51,878 nt of DNA. It comes from Candidatus Poribacteria bacterium. GTDB lineage: Bacteria; Poribacteria; WGA-4E; UBA9662. Each line of letters begins with the position of its first letter. Position 1 is the first letter of the stretch. The stretch lies in NCBI GenBank assembly GCA_046582655.1, contig JAYGDX010000122.1, positions 1 through 51,878 on the forward strand. The letters run 5' to 3'. The notes beneath the pieces are model-generated. The model made no database searches. It was not told the DNA's origin and was given only the letters and a program-made list of their open reading frames with translations. Shown here piece by piece: positions 1 through 9,810 of the stretch. Position numbers and translations under genes: made by a program.

Positions 1-1
1 C

Positions 2-337
2 ACCAAACAGGTCAATGATGACAAATGGCACCATCTGGCCTTTGCTTACAGTGGTGATAAGAAGATTCTCTATATTGATGGCAAAGTGGACATTAACCAG
101 GATGCCTCAGGTGCCTTTGGCATCAAGGGCGTAACCCTGACCATAGGCGGGACAGCAAACGATCAGCGAATTGCGTTGGGACTTATAGACGACGTGGGAA
201 TTTTCAACACCGCCCTATCTGAAGCGGACGTTAACACTGTTATGAATAAAGGACTACCAGAGATATTTGGTGTTGTCGCCGTTTCTCCTAAGGACCTACT
301 AACCACAACCTGGTCCAAAATTAGGACTGAACGCTAA
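2..337 (+). CDS. LamG/concanavalin A-like jelly-roll protein, 5'-truncated by the window edge
   Basis: The frame is open from nt 2: TKQVNDDKWHHLAFAYSGDKKILYIDGK...LTIGG...GLIDDVGIFNTALSEADV carries the LamG_3 motifs WHH/YIDG/IDDV. It ends AVSPKDLLTTTWSKIR. The GTG at 86 in the ORF track is internal. Confidence 0.9.
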   Translation, partial: TKQVNDDKWHHLAFAYSGDKKILYIDGKVDINQDASGAFGIKGVTLTIGGTANDQRIALGLIDDVGIFNTALSEADVNTVMNKGLPEIFGVVAVSPKDLLTTTWSKIRTER

Positions 338-358
338 AGATTATAAATAACTGACATG

Positions 359-400
359 GCCTTCCGATACTCATGAATCGATTATCGGAGGGCTTTTTTT
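359..400 (+). terminator. Rho-independent terminator
   Basis: Stem GCCTTCCGATA (359-369) / TATCGGAGGGC (383-393, one G-U pair) followed by T7, about 20 nt after the LamG stop. Confidence 0.85.
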
Positions 401-758
401 ATTTATAAAAATGACCGTCTATGAACACACTTATATGTTCTTACCCTTAGTATGCTTAACTACAATATTATGCATGCAAACTAATACATCGTCAGAAACA
501 AATTGATGCGTTGAACACTCAATTCTACCTGAGCCCAACCAGAACCTCCCAACAAGCTGGAGGCATAGTTGAGGCAGAAATTGCATGTCAGCCATATCAA
601 TAACTCAGATTGAAACAAAGTTCAAGTCCTACTCGTTAAAAACTCCTGAATAATTCACCTAACACCTTTTCAACCTGTAAAAAAATAATTAAAAGGAAGT
701 GTAGACTATAAAGCTTCACATTCTAAATATTCAGTATGTTACTCTCAGATTTCTAGGC

Positions 759-3071
759 TTGCTTGTATTTCTGTTAATTTCACCTAAAGGTCGTGCAGAC
801 CTAGCTCCAATTCAGTTCGTCGACGTCACAGAAAAAGCAAGAATTCACTTTCGGCACTATAATGGTGCCAAGGGGCAGTACCATTTACCTGAAACGATCG
901 GGTCGGGCGGTGCATTTTTTGATTACGATAATGATGGAGATCCTGATTTGTATCTGGTCAATGGTAACGATTGGTCAGATTTACCATTGACAGGAGTTCC
1001 TACAAGTGTGCTCTTTCGAAACAATGGCGATGGAACATTCACTGATGTCACTGCTTTGTCGGGCATTGACAATCAAGGGAATTATGGGCATGGAGTCACC
1101 TGCAGTGACTATGATAACGATGGAGACGTAGATGTTTACGTGACCAACTTTGGTGCTAACGTCTTATACCGCAATAATGGGAATGGCACCTTCAAAGACA
1201 TTACAGAAGAAGCGAATGTAGGAGATACACTGTGGAGTACCAGCGCTACTTTTCTTGATTATGATAGCGATGGATATCTTGATCTATATGTGGTTAACTA
1301 CGTGTATTATTCGTTGGATGTTCCTTACCTACCTTGCGGTGCCAATAAAATTCGCACCTATTGTCATCCATCTCTGTTTGAAGGTGCCCCAGACCGACTT
1401 TACCGTAATAATGGGAATGGCATATTCACTGATGTTACTGAGGCGGCCGGTATACGGGATATCGGTGGTCCATTTCACGGCAAAGGGTTAGGTGTCGTCG
1501 CTGTAGATTTCAATGACGATAGAACACCAGATATATATGTAGCCAACGATGACACCCCAAACTATTTTTTTTACAACAACGGCGATGGTACGTTCTCAGA
1601 AATTGCACTCCTTTCGGGTTGTGCCTATAGCTTCAATGGGATAGCGCAGGCAAGTATGGGAGTAGATGCAGCAGACTACAATGGTGACGGTCTTTTAGAT
1701 ATTTTTGTTACCAATCTCTCCTATGAAACAAATGCACTCTACCGGAACAATGGTGATGGTACCTTTACTGACATAATTTATGAAGCGAATTTAGGGAAAG
1801 AGAGCTACCTGTATGTCGGATTTGGCACAGGTTTTTTCGATTACGATAACGATGGATATCTTGATATCTTCATCGCTAACGGTCATGTGATTGATACTAT
1901 TGAACAGACATCGGACGTAGTCACTTATGCTCAGCCAAATCAACTGTTTCATAACAATCAGGATGGCACATTTAGTCAGACGTCGTTCATCGCCGGCACA
2001 TATTTCCAACGTAAAAATATAAGTCGCGGAGCAATTTTTGGTGACTATGACAATGATGGTGACCTCGATATCGTTGTCACCCAATCAAATGGTAAAACAG
2101 AATTATTACAAAATGAAGGCGGAAATCGCCAGAATTGGGTGCGATTGCAGACCGTTGGTACAATCAGTAACCGGGATGGTATTGGCACACGAGTGATTAT
2201 GACGGCAGATCAAAAATCACAGGTACAGGAAGTACACGTGGGTTCAAGCTACCTTTGCAGTAACGATTCGAATCTATCCTTTGGGCTGGGAGATAGCACG
2301 ATGATTGATCTACTTGAGATTCGCTGGCCCAGTGGAATTGTACAGTTCTTGGAAAATATTCCAGCCAATCAAAAAATCGTTATCAAAGAAGAAAACGGTC
2401 AGAAGCTACTCAAGATTGTAAGGACGAATGATATAGAAGCCTTTCGACTTGCCCTAAATCAGGTTACCAGTCTAAATACCACTGACCAAGAAGGCAAAAC
2501 AGCCTTGATGATAGCAGCTGAAGCAGGATACGTTCAACTGGTCAAATTGCTTATGGAACACGGGGCTAATGTCAATCAACAAAGCCACATAGGCACAACG
2601 GCCCTGTTACTGGCCAGCCATGAAGGTCACTCAAACGTAGTAAAAACGCTGATAGCACATGATGCCAAAGTAAATGCGAAAAATGTAAGAGGAAACACAG
2701 CCTTAATGGCTGCTATAATGAAGGGGCATATGCATATAGTTAGACTCTTACTTGAGAGTGGGATTGACCCGAACATAAAAAATATGGAAGGAAATACCGC
2801 CTTGATATTTGCCGTACATACAATGGGTCATGCAGGTATAACGAAACTCTTAATTGAGAGTGGAGCTGATGTTAGTGCAGAAAACAACGAAAATGAGACC
2901 CCTTTGATGTACGCGTCATGGAACGGGAAAAAAGACACAGTCAAATTGCTTCTGGCAAACGGGGCTAATGTCGACAAAAAGAATAAAAATGGTGACACTG
3001 CCCTCGTGCTGGCAGAGACCAAAGGTCATACCCACATTATTCGTCTCCTTAAAAATGCCGGTTCAAAATAA
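759..3071 (+). CDS. CRTAC1-family FG-GAP repeat / ASPIC-UnbV protein with C-terminal ankyrin repeats
   Basis: Repeated DYDNDGDxD and LYRNNGDGTFTDVT motifs; ASPIC/UnbV segment SNRDGIGTRV...LSFGLG...IRWPSG; then six GxTAL/TPL ankyrin repeats. The true start may lie upstream of 759. Confidence 0.92.
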   Translation: MLVFLLISPKGRADLAPIQFVDVTEKARIHFRHYNGAKGQYHLPETIGSGGAFFDYDNDGDPDLYLVNGNDWSDLPLTGVPTSVLFRNNGDGTFTDVTALSGIDNQGNYGHGVTCSDYDNDGDVDVYVTNFGANVLYRNNGNGTFKDITEEANVGDTLWSTSATFLDYDSDGYLDLYVVNYVYYSLDVPYLPCGANKIRTYCHPSLFEGAPDRLYRNNGNGIFTDVTEAAGIRDIGGPFHGKGLGVVAVDFNDDRTPDIYVANDDTPNYFFYNNGDGTFSEIALLSGCAYSFNGIAQASMGVDAADYNGDGLLDIFVTNLSYETNALYRNNGDGTFTDIIYEANLGKESYLYVGFGTGFFDYDNDGYLDIFIANGHVIDTIEQTSDVVTYAQPNQLFHNNQDGTFSQTSFIAGTYFQRKNISRGAIFGDYDNDGDLDIVVTQSNGKTELLQNEGGNRQNWVRLQTVGTISNRDGIGTRVIMTADQKSQVQEVHVGSSYLCSNDSNLSFGLGDSTMIDLLEIRWPSGIVQFLENIPANQKIVIKEENGQKLLKIVRTNDIEAFRLALNQVTSLNTTDQEGKTALMIAAEAGYVQLVKLLMEHGANVNQQSHIGTTALLLASHEGHSNVVKTLIAHDAKVNAKNVRGNTALMAAIMKGHMHIVRLLLESGIDPNIKNMEGNTALIFAVHTMGHAGITKLLIESGADVSAENNENETPLMYASWNGKKDTVKLLLANGANVDKKNKNGDTALVLAETKGHTHIIRLLKNAGSK

Positions 3072-3138
3072 CACGGCAACATAAAGTCGCAGCCTGATAC
3101 ATCCAATATCTGGTCCAATTCCCTGAACGGAACTGGTT

Positions 3139-3849
3139 TTAATCAAGTTGCTTGATGTAAATGTCGCGGAATTGAACCAGACTTGATGCCGGAGACAATT
3201 CTCCCGTTTCTTTATTGATTCCACCGTGATGCTGTAGAGCGATCGCCCCTTCTTCTGGCAACCCTGGGGTCTGCGCATTATCAATTACCATCTGATCATT
3301 CAATACGACGGTGACTCGATCCCCTTTCATAGTGATCTCCATTGAATTCCACTCTCCAACAGGGTTGTCAGCACAGACCTTAGGAACAGCACTGGCCCTG
3401 ATTTCGGCGGTCATCGATTTATCATTTCTATAGTTCCAAAGTTCTCCAGACCCGATGGGCCAACACCATAAATTCACCTGTCCTTTCCCAGTGCCACGCA
3501 GATAGATACCCGAATCGGCATTGGGTCGAAGTTCCTTAATGACCTCGCCATTTTCATCTGTTTCGTGTGAACCGTCAGGAAGAATGGTTGGCATTGGATA
3601 CAACCCGGATGTTTGCTTAAAACGCCATGAGATTCGAAGAATAAAATCAACGAAAGTTTCTTCCGTCCACAGATTTTTATCACCACTGGCTTCTGACTGG
3701 GCATCATAGTCAATGACACCATCCACGACATTCCAATGTCCGTTATCTCCTTCTGGTATCTTCCAACCACTTAAATCTTGGCTATTAAAAAGTAGAATAA
3801 ATCCTTTCTCGATAAGTGTCGTATGATTTGCCGATGTGTCTTGTCGCAC
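3139..3849 (-). CDS. DUF1080 / 3-keto-disaccharide hydrolase family protein
   Basis: LFNSQDLSGW, NADSGIYLRG, GEWNSMEI, GAIALQHHG and VQFRDIYIKQL motifs. Confidence 0.9.
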   Translation of the reverse strand: MRQDTSANHTTLIEKGFILLFNSQDLSGWKIPEGDNGHWNVVDGVIDYDAQSEASGDKNLWTEETFVDFILRISWRFKQTSGLYPMPTILPDGSHETDENGEVIKELRPNADSGIYLRGTGKGQVNLWCWPIGSGELWNYRNDKSMTAEIRASAVPKVCADNPVGEWNSMEITMKGDRVTVVLNDQMVIDNAQTPGLPEEGAIALQHHGGINKETGELSPASSLVQFRDIYIKQLD

Positions 3850-3905
3850 AATACCTTTCCTTTATTATTATTATTTGATTTGCCTTTACAGATTTCTGGG
3901 ATCAA

Positions 3906-4100
3906 TTATACAGTGATTAATGGTTGCTCGCCGTGCTGTCTCAATAACTGCCAGACTTTGTCTGGCATGTTCTCCCGCAACTGGCCGTTGGGATCCCTAG
4001 GTTGTTGCTCTTCAATTTCCGAGAGATCAACACGCCATGTATTTGCAAATTTATCATAAATCCACTGATAACGAAACCCTTCTAATTCAATATAGTTCAT
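3906..4100 (-). CDS. Small hypothetical ORF or 3' remnant of a lost gene
   Basis: 64-aa ORF that overlaps the stop of the upstream methyltransferase and fills the gap on the same strand. No family confidently recognised. Confidence 0.35.
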   Translation of the reverse strand: MNYIELEGFRYQWIYDKFANTWRVDLSEIEEQQPRDPNGQLRENMPDKVWQLLRQHGEQPLITV

Positions 4101-5226
4101 ACATTACCAATCGACCATCAAGCCCTCCGTTAGAAAGTTGCTTTCTCCATGATGGTTTTAACCCTAAGTTCTTAATGTGTTCACGCTGGCCAAAGTATAC
4201 ATAGGCAGTTGAACCGCGACAACGTTGCTTCAAGAAATCGCCAAATCTTTTATAAAAATGACCAAGATCTACATTTTTGCCTGTTCGTATTCCATAAGGA
4301 GGGTTACAGACAATTGTCTTGCCTTCTATGCCTGGAATATCAAATACATCCTTCTGCTCAATGTTAATGACATTTTCTTCGTCAACCATCGAGCAATTAT
4401 GGGTTGCCGATTTGACAGCTTTCAAGCATAAATCACTTCCAACGATAGTATTTTTTAAGAGCCTTATTTTCTTTTGTACTCCTTTTTGCCTGACCTGGTT
4501 CCACAGCAACGGGTCGAAATCTGGCAATCTTTGGAATCCAAAATTTGCACGCATTATAGCGGCGGGAGTACGAGATGCAAGCATATACCCCTCGCAAAGT
4601 AACGTCCCCGCACCGCAAAATGGGTCGTACAAGGGCACACTACCATCCCAACCGGAATATTTAATGATGGCTGCTGCTAAGGTTTCGATCATTGGAGCTA
4701 GCACGGTTTCCTTACGGTAGCCCCGTTTGTGTAAAGATCCACCGGAAGTATCCAAGCTAACTGTTGCTTTATTGTTTTCGATATGCAGGTTGATCCATAG
4801 ATCTGGATTTCTTCTGTTAACTGAGGGCCGCTCACCATTGCGTGACCGAAAGTAATCCACGATGGCGTCTTTTAAGCGCAGGGCAGCAAATTTTGAATGC
4901 TTGATAGCACTATGCGATACGGTAGCAGATACCGCAAAAGTTTGGGAAGAATCAAAAAAATCTTTCCATTCAATTCGTGAAGACACTTTGTAAAGATATC
5001 GATCTGAATGACAATCAAATAACATCAATGGGGCTAAAACACGATGAATCAGACGTGATTGGAAATTGATTGTATAAAGCACCTCTGGGGTCGCATTAAA
5101 ATAGATCCCCCGATAGACCTGACGGGTGTTATCGCCACCCAGAAACAGAATTTCTTCTTCCGCAATATCCTTTAGATTGTCAGCTACCTGGGCAAAATAG
5201 CGGTTGGTTTTTTGGTAGTTGTACAT
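4087..5226 (-). CDS. rlmL: THUMP-domain class I SAM-dependent rRNA methyltransferase (stand-alone RlmL/YpsC type)
   Basis: SLDTSGGSLHKRGYR, ETLAAA, DPFCGAGT (SAM binding) and CNPPYG (motif IV). Confidence 0.85.
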   Translation of the reverse strand: MYNYQKTNRYFAQVADNLKDIAEEEILFLGGDNTRQVYRGIYFNATPEVLYTINFQSRLIHRVLAPLMLFDCHSDRYLYKVSSRIEWKDFFDSSQTFAVSATVSHSAIKHSKFAALRLKDAIVDYFRSRNGERPSVNRRNPDLWINLHIENNKATVSLDTSGGSLHKRGYRKETVLAPMIETLAAAIIKYSGWDGSVPLYDPFCGAGTLLCEGYMLASRTPAAIMRANFGFQRLPDFDPLLWNQVRQKGVQKKIRLLKNTIVGSDLCLKAVKSATHNCSMVDEENVINIEQKDVFDIPGIEGKTIVCNPPYGIRTGKNVDLGHFYKRFGDFLKQRCRGSTAYVYFGQREHIKNLGLKPSWRKQLSNGGLDGRLVMYELY

Positions 5227-5309
5227 ATAGGTAATAGATTAAGTTCAAGTTGATCTCAAGCAAGTCACAATAACAATAAGCTGCGAATATAGTTCCTGAT
5301 CTCAGTAAT

Positions 5310-6500
5310 TTACTCATCAGAATTTATGGCAAAGTTAACAATTCGACAGGAATATCCCTTACTTTGCATATTCTTTTGGTTAAGCAGATGAACCTCTAGC
5401 TGGTGTTTCTTCCCCTTCTCCAATTCGGTTTCAAGCATATAAACCCAAGGAATGTGCAACCCTTGGCTCCATTGAGTATAAAGATCCTGTTTTTCCCATT
5501 TGCCATTGTTGATCCGGTACTCAATAATTCCAGCATCTGGACCAGCTATGACAAGCAAGCCAACGGCACTTCCCCTAAAACTCAGTTCAAAACTATCCCC
5601 TGGATTCTTACCCACTAACATAGGAACATTCACAAAACCTGATCGAGTTCCTCCACCCACGGTGTTTTGCCAATGGGGATCCATCTTGAATCCATTAACT
5701 TTTTCTATGTTATTAGGTGGTAGTAACATGCCAGTGTCGTAACAGAACTCATCCAATTTTTCAGGTTGATAATGTGCTTTAACTTGACTATCCTCTGCAA
5801 CAGGTTTGTTAACCCACGCAACTTCAAATAGGCGATTAATCGTACGAAAATAAAGTTGGTGGCCGAAAGGCGATGGATGCAGGTCTTTGAAGTCATTCTC
5901 CCAAGTAAATTCTTCATGATTGATGCGTTCTGTGATTTCCAGTGCAAAGTTGATAGACGGCAAATTATAATGGGCTGCAACCCTTTCATGGTTTTGAATA
6001 ACTTTTGGTATTTTGCCTTTATTGTATTCTCCCATTTTCTCCGGATCAACAAAATGCATTAAAATAATGTCAATGTTTGGATTAATGTTACGGGCATGAC
6101 GAACAATACCTTCCATGCCACGAATTTGTTCCTCATCTGATCTGCCATTATAAAAATCATTGACAGCTGCCTCTTCAAAAATAAGATCCACTCGGCCATT
6201 TTTGAAAGCATCACGCACTAGGCGATACGCTCCTGGAGTAGAACCGGTTGATGGAATCCCAGCGTTAATAAAATCAAACTTAGTCTCCGGAAAACGATGT
6301 TTCAATTCAACACAAACCATTTCTCGCCATCCTGACATGAAGGTGATTGATCCTCCCAGAAAAACCACACGCCCTGTTCCTGTACTTTCAAAGACCTGTT
6401 TAGAATTCGCCAGTCCGTGGCGTAAGACAAAGTAGTCTCCATTGTTCGTGACAACACCTCCAGTAAAAATAAGTGAGCAAATAGACATAAATGCCTTCAT
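5310..6500 (-). CDS. SGNH/GDSL hydrolase family protein (putative carbohydrate esterase) with C-terminal beta domain
   Basis: FLGGSIT (block I), NAGIPSTGS, EAAVND and DLHPSPFGH. ATG at 6500 (MKAFMSIC...) is preferred over the GTG at 6560. Confidence 0.85.
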   Translation of the reverse strand: MKAFMSICSLIFTGGVVTNNGDYFVLRHGLANSKQVFESTGTGRVVFLGGSITFMSGWREMVCVELKHRFPETKFDFINAGIPSTGSTPGAYRLVRDAFKNGRVDLIFEEAAVNDFYNGRSDEEQIRGMEGIVRHARNINPNIDIILMHFVDPEKMGEYNKGKIPKVIQNHERVAAHYNLPSINFALEITERINHEEFTWENDFKDLHPSPFGHQLYFRTINRLFEVAWVNKPVAEDSQVKAHYQPEKLDEFCYDTGMLLPPNNIEKVNGFKMDPHWQNTVGGGTRSGFVNVPMLVGKNPGDSFELSFRGSAVGLLVIAGPDAGIIEYRINNGKWEKQDLYTQWSQGLHIPWVYMLETELEKGKKHQLEVHLLNQKNMQSKGYSCRIVNFAINSDE

Positions 6501-6793
6501 ATTAACAGTTTCCCAGCAAAAAGAATTTAGTTTCGGCAAACGTAAAAGAACCGAAGGCACTAGTCATTAATAATGTTTACAAGAACAGGACTGAGGAAGA
6601 TTGTTAGCCAATCCTGATTTTGAGGTTATCAAACACCAAAAGTTGTCTGTCTTGTGAATTGTTAAAACTACAAGCGACAACCCAATAGGCAACTATAATT
6701 CTCTCATTTAAAACCCGATAGCCTAATTCCTGCACAGATTCACCACTTATGATCCGCTGTTCAAATTCATATTTGTTAGCGGTCCTGTTGTTT

Positions 6794-8089
6794 TCAATTA
6801 GCTAATGCATTGAATCTGCCTTCTTCGTTCTTGGCACTTAGATTAAGCAACGGAAGTAGTATAAAGACTGCAGCAAACAAAATATACCCGTAGATGATAG
6901 TCAATTCTGAAGAAAACACTTCGATAATATTGATTGAAAAGGAGGCGATGATGACAAAGAAGAAAAACAAATACTTGATTAAACGACCGATGGAATGTTC
7001 GTCGAGTTTGAAACATTTTGCCCAATAAATAACCAAAGGGATGAAACAAAACAAACAGGGAATACTATAGTCGTATGCAAGCGTAGGATAGATAGTTAGT
7101 ATAATACCAGAACCCATAAAATAAGGAATCAGAAAAAGAAATTTATTCTTGCACCTCCTGATATTCAAATATCCCAGGACAACTAGCATAAAGGGCAATG
7201 TTTTAACTATAAATCTAGGGAACAATTTCATTAAGCTAAGTCCTTGAGGCTCATATGCAATTTCTTGTTCAAAAAGCCCGACAAGGAAATGAATGCCGTA
7301 TTCAAGATAGAGTAAAAAGAAAAAAACAACTGTTAACAGGAATACCAATGCCAGATATATGCTATATTTTAATTCTTTAATGCTTTTTGAATTTAGCAAC
7401 CACAGAACAAGAACTAAAAAGATAAATGGGAATGAGGTCCACTTAACATAAGCAAATAATGCTGATAGAAATATATAGTACCCATTTCTGTTAACTAGCC
7501 CTAAAACTAACCATAAATAACTTAGAGAAACGTAAAGGGAAAATTGACCCCGCTCAAACCATGACAGACCTACGGGAGTTAGAAACAGACAGAAGTTCAC
7601 CAGTAAGATTGAGGGAAACAGGTCTTTTTCTATCTGCAGGATTTTAAAGGCGTAAATGAAGGATAAAAAAAATAGCAACATTTGGACTAACATATGCAGG
7701 AAACTAGCAAAACCATATTCGAACTTGCAGAGACTAATCGAACACATAGCATGTATAAAAGGTGCATATCTCGACGGCCTTTGCCATGGATCAAGGGTCT
7801 CTTTTGTATAGGCTGTCGTTAAAGAAGAGAACTTTTGAGAGGGGAAATAGATTTGGGAAAAATCAGCCGCTAATCTATTAACAGACTCATATTTTAATGT
7901 AAAATGATTTTCAGGAACTCTCATAAAACCATAGCGAGGTAAAGGGTTTAGATCAAGCCCAGAAAAGTCTCCATAGATCATATCCTTTGATAACAGAATA
8001 AAATTATTAAGAATCAAACAATGCAATATTAAAAAGATAATTATGAATAATGGTTTGCTCACCTTTCTGAAAAGGGAAATGATTTTCAT
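6794..8089 (-). CDS. Polytopic membrane protein, GT-C glycosyltransferase (GT87/DUF2029-like)
   Basis: About 10 hydrophobic segments; ADFSQIY, YAPF, ERGQ and ALFAYVKW resemble GT87 motifs (DF..Y, YPP, GQ, xxxK). Confidence 0.65.
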   Translation of the reverse strand: MKIISLFRKVSKPLFIIIFLILHCLILNNFILLSKDMIYGDFSGLDLNPLPRYGFMRVPENHFTLKYESVNRLAADFSQIYFPSQKFSSLTTAYTKETLDPWQRPSRYAPFIHAMCSISLCKFEYGFASFLHMLVQMLLFFLSFIYAFKILQIEKDLFPSILLVNFCLFLTPVGLSWFERGQFSLYVSLSYLWLVLGLVNRNGYYIFLSALFAYVKWTSFPFIFLVLVLWLLNSKSIKELKYSIYLALVFLLTVVFFFLLYLEYGIHFLVGLFEQEIAYEPQGLSLMKLFPRFIVKTLPFMLVVLGYLNIRRCKNKFLFLIPYFMGSGIILTIYPTLAYDYSIPCLFCFIPLVIYWAKCFKLDEHSIGRLIKYLFFFFVIIASFSINIIEVFSSELTIIYGYILFAAVFILLPLLNLSAKNEEGRFNALAN

Positions 8090-8334
8090 ATTTCTTATCT
8101 AATCAAGCTTGATTCCAAAACAGAGAATTCGGAATCTGCCAACACGTAATTCCTGGTTCTAATACCTACTGAAGTAATAAATAAGGCAGATAAAAAGCTT
8201 GTACTTAAGTTTTAATCTAAAATACGTCTAAATCCTAACACACATCCACAACACAACGAAACCCTTCGTTATTGTATCCGCTATTATAATTGAAAATATA
8301 CTGTATTCAACAATTTAGATCTTGAAGGGAAAAA

Positions 8335-9810
8335 CTAGATGTTATCAAGAGGATAGAGCTTACGTCCCAATCGATTAAAAGTTAGATCCTTTAAAGTATG
8401 CACACTGGGTTCGGATACGACATGGATTGCTCCCGACCAGGCTTCGAATCCGGCACGAAAGTGCGCCGCAGACTTGACTCCAATGTACTTCATCCGCTGC
8501 AGATCCAAATTAAGCGTGCGGGAAAAGGCCGTGTCGAAAGGTTGCTCACGCTGAGTGACCAAAAGCACGTGAATACCATCCTGCTTGATATGTGCTGAAA
8601 GCCCCATATTCCCAGCCAAACCTGCATACATTGGCCCATCATAATGGAAATAACCGTCCGACAATGCAACGACTTCAGCCTTCATGGGGATAGGATTCCC
8701 CTGTAGTGGCGACGATTTTCCTCCCACATCCAGCATCAACTTTGTTCCCACACCAGCTTCTTGGCATTGGACAATTGATTCGGGATCAACTATATACAAA
8801 ACACAAGCGTCTCGAAGCCCGGCCTCTATAAATGTCCGTAGCATACCAGTACTGTCGCCTGGAGATCCACCACCTGTATTATCCCATACGTCAGCGAAGA
8901 TAACCGGATAACGGCCATCTAACTTAGCTTCCTGTAACGCTTCAAACGTTGATAGTAATGGACAATGCCACTCCGTTCGCCGTTCAAATAGCCAAGCTCC
9001 AAGCTGGTCAGCATACATTTGAGCCAAATTTTGGTCATTATCAGTCACAATATAAACTGATGACCCCATATTCGGCACATCAGCCAAATAATAACAGGTA
9101 GCAATCGAACCGCAGATTACACCGGGTTGTGCGGTGACCCTATGCAATTCAGCAATAGCTTCCCGCATTGGCGAATATGCTGTCACCTGATTCATCCCCC
9201 AGAACATCGGTATTTGATGCAAGGCCATTGTTGGGCATACACCGTCCTTTAAGATCCGCATCAGGATATCGGCACACTCTTGGCTACGTTCAGCCATGTC
9301 AACTTCCGGATAGCTCTTTCGACCAATTAACACACTTGCTTGATCAACCATCCTTTGAGATACATTAGAGTGAATGTCCAGCTGAACCAAGATCGGCACA
9401 TCCGGGCCAACCAACTGGCGCACAGCAGCCAGAATATATCCCTCGGCATCATCGATACCGTCTGCTTGATCTAAGTTTCCGACTGCCATTGATCCATGTA
9501 AGCTCAATAGGACCCCTTCGATAGAACCCACGTCAGCTATTCTGTTTAGTAATTCATCGAGAATAGCATCAAACAGGTCTCGCGGTGTGGGCCCACTCGG
9601 TTGAGCAGTAGCGAGAACAGTTGGAATCAGCTCAAAACCATGGGTTTTCGCTCCATCGATGAATCCCCCAATGGGACTATTGGTGCCATGAAACATATTC
9701 AAGATCTGATCTCCGTGCAGATAAAATCGATCTTTATAGCTTTGCAGGTTGGTTATAACGGTTGTAAAGGTACTGGTTTCGTGACTAATTCCGCCGGTAA
9801 CAACTCTCAT
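8335..9810 (-). CDS. M81 family metallopeptidase (MlrC-like)
   Basis: GGISHETSTF, LHGSM, LDIHSN, SYPEVD, DNTGGGSPGD and VKSAAHFRAGF motifs. Confidence 0.92.
   Translation of the reverse strand: MRVVTGGISHETSTFTTVITNLQSYKDRFYLHGDQILNMFHGTNSPIGGFIDGAKTHGFELIPTVLATAQPSGPTPRDLFDAILDELLNRIADVGSIEGVLLSLHGSMAVGNLDQADGIDDAEGYILAAVRQLVGPDVPILVQLDIHSNVSQRMVDQASVLIGRKSYPEVDMAERSQECADILMRILKDGVCPTMALHQIPMFWGMNQVTAYSPMREAIAELHRVTAQPGVICGSIATCYYLADVPNMGSSVYIVTDNDQNLAQMYADQLGAWLFERRTEWHCPLLSTFEALQEAKLDGRYPVIFADVWDNTGGGSPGDSTGMLRTFIEAGLRDACVLYIVDPESIVQCQEAGVGTKLMLDVGGKSSPLQGNPIPMKAEVVALSDGYFHYDGPMYAGLAGNMGLSAHIKQDGIHVLLVTQREQPFDTAFSRTLNLDLQRMKYIGVKSAAHFRAGFEAWSGAIHVVSEPSVHTLKDLTFNRLGRKLYPLDNI

Noticed and set aside
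900..2070. Recurring GAYTAYGAYAAYGAYGG and AAYAAYGGNGAYGG nucleotide repeats
   Set aside because: They are the coding FG-GAP repeats of the CRTAC1 protein, not a DNA repeat element.
8335..9810. Microcystin degradation (mlr) cluster
   Set aside because: Only an M81/MlrC-family gene is present; mlrA, mlrB and mlrD are absent and the family is widespread.
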